The notes beneath the pieces are model-generated. The model was given only the letters and a program-made list of their open reading frames with translations, did no database searches and had not been told where the DNA came from. The position numbers and the translations under genes were made by a program. Positions 60,204 to 64,000 of a stretch of DNA of 64,000 nucleotides are shown one piece after another. Numbering within the stretch: position 1 is the stretch's first letter; each line of letters begins with the position of its first letter. Source of the stretch: Desulfobacterales bacterium. GTDB taxonomy: Bacteria > Desulfobacterota > Desulfobacteria > Desulfobacterales > UBA5852. The DNA lies in the NCBI GenBank assembly GCA_963674755.2, contig CAXXVS010000003.1, forward strand, positions 1,792,001 to 1,856,000. Reading direction: 5' to 3'.

Positions 60204-60782
60204 TTATCGGTAGTAAATATCCCCCCGGCAGGCCGGACAGAACTCGCCGAAGCGCTCAGGGTAGAATTCGCCGCATTCCGGACAGGCGCGGGTGGGTACG
60301 GGCAGGTCGTTCTTTAAGGATTTCAGCAGACGCACCCTGCGGCAGGGCAGCAGATCGCTTTCCGCCGCGAGGATTTCCGCCGCCATGTCGTCAAAGGGCG
60401 GTTTGGGTCTTCCATTGCGGTTGCGTTCAAACCAGGTCTTGATCAAAGGGTAGCCTTTCAGCCGCTCCGGATTCAACCAGGCCCGAACGCCTTCCAGGGT
60501 CGTCCGGTCGTAGGCCGTCACCGCAAATTTTCCCCAATCCAGAATCTGAAGGAAGCCGTTGCCCGTGGTGCATCCCGAGAGCATCTGCACGGCGTCGGGC
60601 AAGCACACCACGGTTTCGGAGACCATGTTGAGATAGGGGGTGTCCCCTAACTCGTGGAGCGCCTTCTCGATCATTCGGCTTCCAATGAGAATGCCGGGCG
60701 AACGGTAGCCGTGGAACTCTTCGATCTTTAGAACCAGTTCATCGATGGCGATTCCGCAAATCGATGTGACCGCTTGGGCCAT
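60204..60782 (-). CDS. FmdE-family protein (second paralog)
   Basis: FHG-SPG, ET-CLPDAVQ, CTTGNG, CPEC...CPAC. Confidence 0.9.
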   Translation of the reverse strand: MAQAVTSICGIAIDELVLKIEEFHGYRSPGILIGSRMIEKALHELGDTPYLNMVSETVVCLPDAVQMLSGCTTGNGFLQILDWGKFAVTAYDRTTLEGVRAWLNPERLKGYPLIKTWFERNRNGRPKPPFDDMAAEILAAESDLLPCRRVRLLKSLKNDLPVPTRACPECGEFYPERFGEFCPACRGDIYYR

Positions 60783-60862
60783 GACGCATCCTTTCGTTTT
60801 GGGGCGCAGGCGATTTCCGGATAATCGCCTGCCCGGGCCCGTTTCAAGTCTTCTACGAGTTG

Positions 60863-61438
60863 CTAAAGCCCTGCGCAGACGATCGCGTCGTTGGCCCGAA
60901 GGGAGAATCGTTTTTCAATAAAATCGGCCAACGCACAAATTTCGTCCAGCCCGTAAAAGGGCACGCCCCAATCCAGGGCGGCATCGCTGACGACCGCCAG
61001 CAGATGGGGGTCGTTCCTGCAGACCGGCTCCGGATTGGCCGCCGGACGATAGATTTCGATCTTGGGATGCGTGCCCCGTTTAAACCCCTCGGCCAGGACC
61101 AGATCGATGTCCGGCAGCATGCCCACCAGTTCCTCCAGGCGATGGTCGCGATCCACATCCCGCACCATGCCGATCTGATGCGGCGAGGCGATCATGCTGA
61201 CAACCGCACCGGCGCGCTTATGTCGCCAGCTGTCCTTGCCGGGTTGGTCCATTTCAAAGCCGTGGGAATCGTGTTTGATGGACCCGATACGCAATCCCCG
61301 CCGAGTGAGTTCGTCGATGAGGCGTTCCATCAATGTGGTCTTGCCGGAGCCCGAAAAACCCACGATGGATAGATAGGGTACGGTGCGGCCCGTCTTTAGT
61401 ATGAACGCCTTGATATTATCGCAATCGGTCGGTGTCAT
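60863..61438 (-). CDS. mobB: Molybdopterin-guanine dinucleotide biosynthesis protein B
   Basis: GFSGSGKTT, IKH-HGFEMD-PGKDSWRH, DLVLAEGFK. Confidence 0.94.
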   Translation of the reverse strand: MTPTDCDNIKAFILKTGRTVPYLSIVGFSGSGKTTLMERLIDELTRRGLRIGSIKHDSHGFEMDQPGKDSWRHKRAGAVVSMIASPHQIGMVRDVDRDHRLEELVGMLPDIDLVLAEGFKRGTHPKIEIYRPAANPEPVCRNDPHLLAVVSDAALDWGVPFYGLDEICALADFIEKRFSLRANDAIVCAGL

Positions 61439-61441
61439 GTC

Positions 61442-62443
61442 CTATCCTCCAATGGCGTACATGCCGCGTCGGGAGCGCAACCCTTGATCTGATCGGGTCT
61501 CATCGGTGAGGTGATGACGGCGCGGCTTTTGGGCGACGGACTGTTCCAGGATGCGGATCAGATCGTAGGAGTTGGCCCCGTCGCGCAGCGCGGTTTTCAC
61601 CTCCAGTTCCTCTTCCGAGAAGAGGCAATTGCGGATCTTACCGTCCACAGTGGTCCGTAACCGATTGCAACTGCAGCAAAAATGTCGGCTCAAAGGTGCG
61701 ATGAACCCCACTCGTCCCCTGGCACGGGGCAATCGGTACATCCGGGCCGGTCCTGTCCGATCCGCGGTCATACCCACCTTGGCGGCTTCCAGGGCCGGTA
61801 TGCGCGTCATCATTTCGTCCACAGGCATGAACCTTTCACGATAGACCGCCGGAGACCAGTGTTTGACCGGCATCAACTCGATGAAGCGTACATGCCAGGG
61901 ATTCTCGCGTGTAAGGTCGGCGAGGCGGGGAATTTCGTCATCGTTGATGCCTCGCATGACGACCACGTTCAGTTTGAGAGGCGTAAACCCCACCCGCTGG
62001 GCCTCCTCCAGTCCTGCCAAAACGTCATGCAGCCGATTGAATCCCGTGATGGCCTGGAATCTCTCTGGCCGCATGGTGTCGAGGCTGACATTGACCCGAC
62101 GGATGCCGGCCTCGAAGAGGTGGTCCGCCTTTTTTTCCAAAAGGAGGCCATTGGTCGTCAGGGCAAAATCCTGCAAGCCCTCGATGGCGCACAGACGGCG
62201 ACAGAACTCGACGATACCCTTTCGTACCAGGGGTTCACCGCCGGTGACGCGGATCTTGCGGATGCCGGCGGAGACCGCCGCCCGGGACAATGTCAAAAGC
62301 TCTTCATAGGTGAGAATGTCCCGGCGCGCCAGGTGCCGGCGTCCGGCCATGGGTGCGCAGTATCCGCACTGCAGGTTGCAACGGTCAGTGACCGAAAGGC
62401 GCAGATAGTCGATGACACGGCCGTAGGCATCGATCAAGGACAT
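61442..62443 (-). CDS. moaA: GTP 3',8-cyclase
   Basis: YLRLSVTDRCNLQCGYC, TGGEPL, FC-SCNRLR...CL, C-terminal IGG. Confidence 0.97.
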   Translation of the reverse strand: MSLIDAYGRVIDYLRLSVTDRCNLQCGYCAPMAGRRHLARRDILTYEELLTLSRAAVSAGIRKIRVTGGEPLVRKGIVEFCRRLCAIEGLQDFALTTNGLLLEKKADHLFEAGIRRVNVSLDTMRPERFQAITGFNRLHDVLAGLEEAQRVGFTPLKLNVVVMRGINDDEIPRLADLTRENPWHVRFIELMPVKHWSPAVYRERFMPVDEMMTRIPALEAAKVGMTADRTGPARMYRLPRARGRVGFIAPLSRHFCCSCNRLRTTVDGKIRNCLFSEEELEVKTALRDGANSYDLIRILEQSVAQKPRRHHLTDETRSDQGLRSRRGMYAIGG

Positions 62444-62943
62444 GGCGCGGCTCTCTCTTCGAGCGCCGATTCCCGCCGGCCGGCATGGCTACCTATCGGC
62501 ACGACCGCATCGCCGGGCCGAACCACGCCGCCCTTCAAGACCCGGACGAAAATTCCCTCGCGCGGCATGACACAGTCGCCCACGGCATGGAAGATGGCGC
62601 AGCGGTTGTGACATTCCTTCCCGATTTGGGTCACCTCGACCTCTATCGCGTTACCGAACTGCAGGCGGGTGCCGACCGGAAGGGTGTGTAGCTCGATCCC
62701 TTCGGTGGTAATGTTTTCGGCGAAGTCCCCGGGGCTCACATCGAGCCCCTTGCCGCGGATCTTGGAAATGCTCTCCATGGCCAGCAGGCTGACCTGGCGG
62801 TGCCAGGGGCCGGCGTGGGCATCGCCTTCGATGCCGTGGCCTTCTCTCAGATAAACCCGGTCCACGTTCGCTTTTTTGACGCCTTTGGTACGACTCACCG
62901 AAACCGCCTTGACATAGCTCTTGGCCACTGGGGGTGCACACAT
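62434..62943 (-). CDS. MOSC-domain protein
   Basis: GDAHAG-WHRQVSLL, GDFAENITT, TQIGKECH-C, CVMPREGIF. Confidence 0.93.
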   Translation of the reverse strand: MCAPPVAKSYVKAVSVSRTKGVKKANVDRVYLREGHGIEGDAHAGPWHRQVSLLAMESISKIRGKGLDVSPGDFAENITTEGIELHTLPVGTRLQFGNAIEVEVTQIGKECHNRCAIFHAVGDCVMPREGIFVRVLKGGVVRPGDAVVPIGSHAGRRESALEERAAPCP

Positions 62944-63000
62944 ACTGATTTCTTCCTTAATAAATCGTGATGTCTCTTCTTCTGGACGCGGGAGCAAACC

Positions 63001-63999
63001 TCAGCATCCCCGACCGAAAGCGCATCGGGGATAAGTGCATTCGGGGCAGTCCTGGCACAGGCCGCCGTGCCCCATGAAGGCCAGCTCTTTCTTGCCGATG
63101 CGCTCTCCGGCCAGGATGCGGGGCAGCACCAGGTCGAGTACCGTTACGCGGTGATGCAGACCGCAGGCCGGTACGCCGAGCAGCGGTACCTCGCCGATAT
63201 AGGCCACGAGGAACATGGCGCCGGGCAGCACCGCTGCCCCGTAATGAACTTCGTTGGCTCCGGCCTTCCGGATGGCCGCCCGGGTCACATCGTCCGGATC
63301 CACACTCATGCCGCCGCTCAGCAGCAGGAGGTCGCATCCGCTGTCCAGGTGGCCCTGGATGGCGGCCACGATCTTGTCTTCATCGTCCGGGGCGAAGGCG
63401 ACACCACCCACCTCAGATTCCAGATCCGTGACTTTGGCGCTGAGGGTGGGGGCGAACTTATCTTCGATGAGGCCGTGGTAGACCTCGCTGCCGGTAATGA
63501 CCAGGCCGGCCCGGGCTTTGCGGAGGGATTTGACGCTGACCACGCACCCGTCCTGGGCTGCGATGGCGGCGGCGCGCTCCACCGGCGCCCGCTTCATGAC
63601 CAGGGGGATGGCGCGTGTGGCGGCCACCTGATCTCCTTTTTTGACCAGGGTATTGCTGTGGCGTGTGGCACACATTACTTCCTCGACCATGTTGAAGGCG
63701 GCCAGGGCCGGTGTGTTGATCGACAGCAGCCCGTCCATCGCGGCGTGCAGACTGATCTTGCCTTCCCGGGGATTGTCTTCCCATGTGGTGCCCTCGCCAG
63801 CCAATGCCCGCGCCAGAATCGACGCCGCTTCGTTTTCGTGAATCTCGTCATCGGCGAGATCGATCAGGTAGAGGTGGTTCTTGCCGAGCTTCTGCAGGTG
63901 GCAGATGTCCTCGTTGCAGACTTCGTGGCCTTTGCGGAAGGCCGGCCCCTTGAATTCGCCCGGCCGGATTTCGGTGATGTCGTGTGCGAGCTGGGTGCC
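63001..63999 (-). CDS. Molybdopterin-binding (MoeA/MogA-like) protein, 5' end outside window
   Basis: Frame open to the window edge (LAHDITEIRPGEFKGPAF); ITGSEV, GGMSVDPDD-T, VLPGAMF, GGLC-C-C-YP-C. Confidence 0.9.
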   Translation of the reverse strand, partial: GTQLAHDITEIRPGEFKGPAFRKGHEVCNEDICHLQKLGKNHLYLIDLADDEIHENEAASILARALAGEGTTWEDNPREGKISLHAAMDGLLSINTPALAAFNMVEEVMCATRHSNTLVKKGDQVAATRAIPLVMKRAPVERAAAIAAQDGCVVSVKSLRKARAGLVITGSEVYHGLIEDKFAPTLSAKVTDLESEVGGVAFAPDDEDKIVAAIQGHLDSGCDLLLLSGGMSVDPDDVTRAAIRKAGANEVHYGAAVLPGAMFLVAYIGEVPLLGVPACGLHHRVTVLDLVLPRILAGERIGKKELAFMGHGGLCQDCPECTYPRCAFGRGC

Positions 64000-64000
64000 C

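Overview
GC-rich bacterial chromosome segment, most likely Desulfobacterota (inferred from gene content). It has four parts. (1) 1-15.2 kb: accessory genes, including a ClC-CBS channel, an O-methyltransferase, a CtpA protease, a DUF2760-Hsp70-Hsp70 cluster, a dienelactone-hydrolase-like lipoprotein, an SDR, a sigma54-driven ZraP-like protein and an outer-membrane protein. (2) 15.2-26.2 kb: an AT-richer organic-acid catabolic island (GntR, TAXI-TRAP, GlcD/split GlcF-like, LeuA/homocitrate-synthase-like, MmgE/PrpD, CMD) bracketed by a 182-bp direct repeat. (3) 26.4-28.9 kb: a defence/mobile-element remnant with a HerA fragment, an intact DUF3800 gene preceded by a three-way-junction RNA and terminator, a tmRNA 3'-end att site and an extra IHF subunit. 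(4) 29-64 kb: a large nitrate-respiration and nitrosative-stress region (qNor, NarGHJI-NarK, hemerythrins, an NnrR-like regulator with its box, DUF1858, core-MetE, CBS, HPP, FprA, Hcp, RND pump, Moco genes). Part 4 also holds decaying genes: a two-CW/cNMP/Ser-Thr kinase, an octaheme HAO-family cytochrome with its NapC partner, and arsC. The best candidates for undescribed systems are the DUF3800 + structured RNA module, the membrane-anchored GrpE-like/dual-Hsp70 module and the non-canonical organic-acid pathway. All family calls come from motif recognition by eye; no searches were run.
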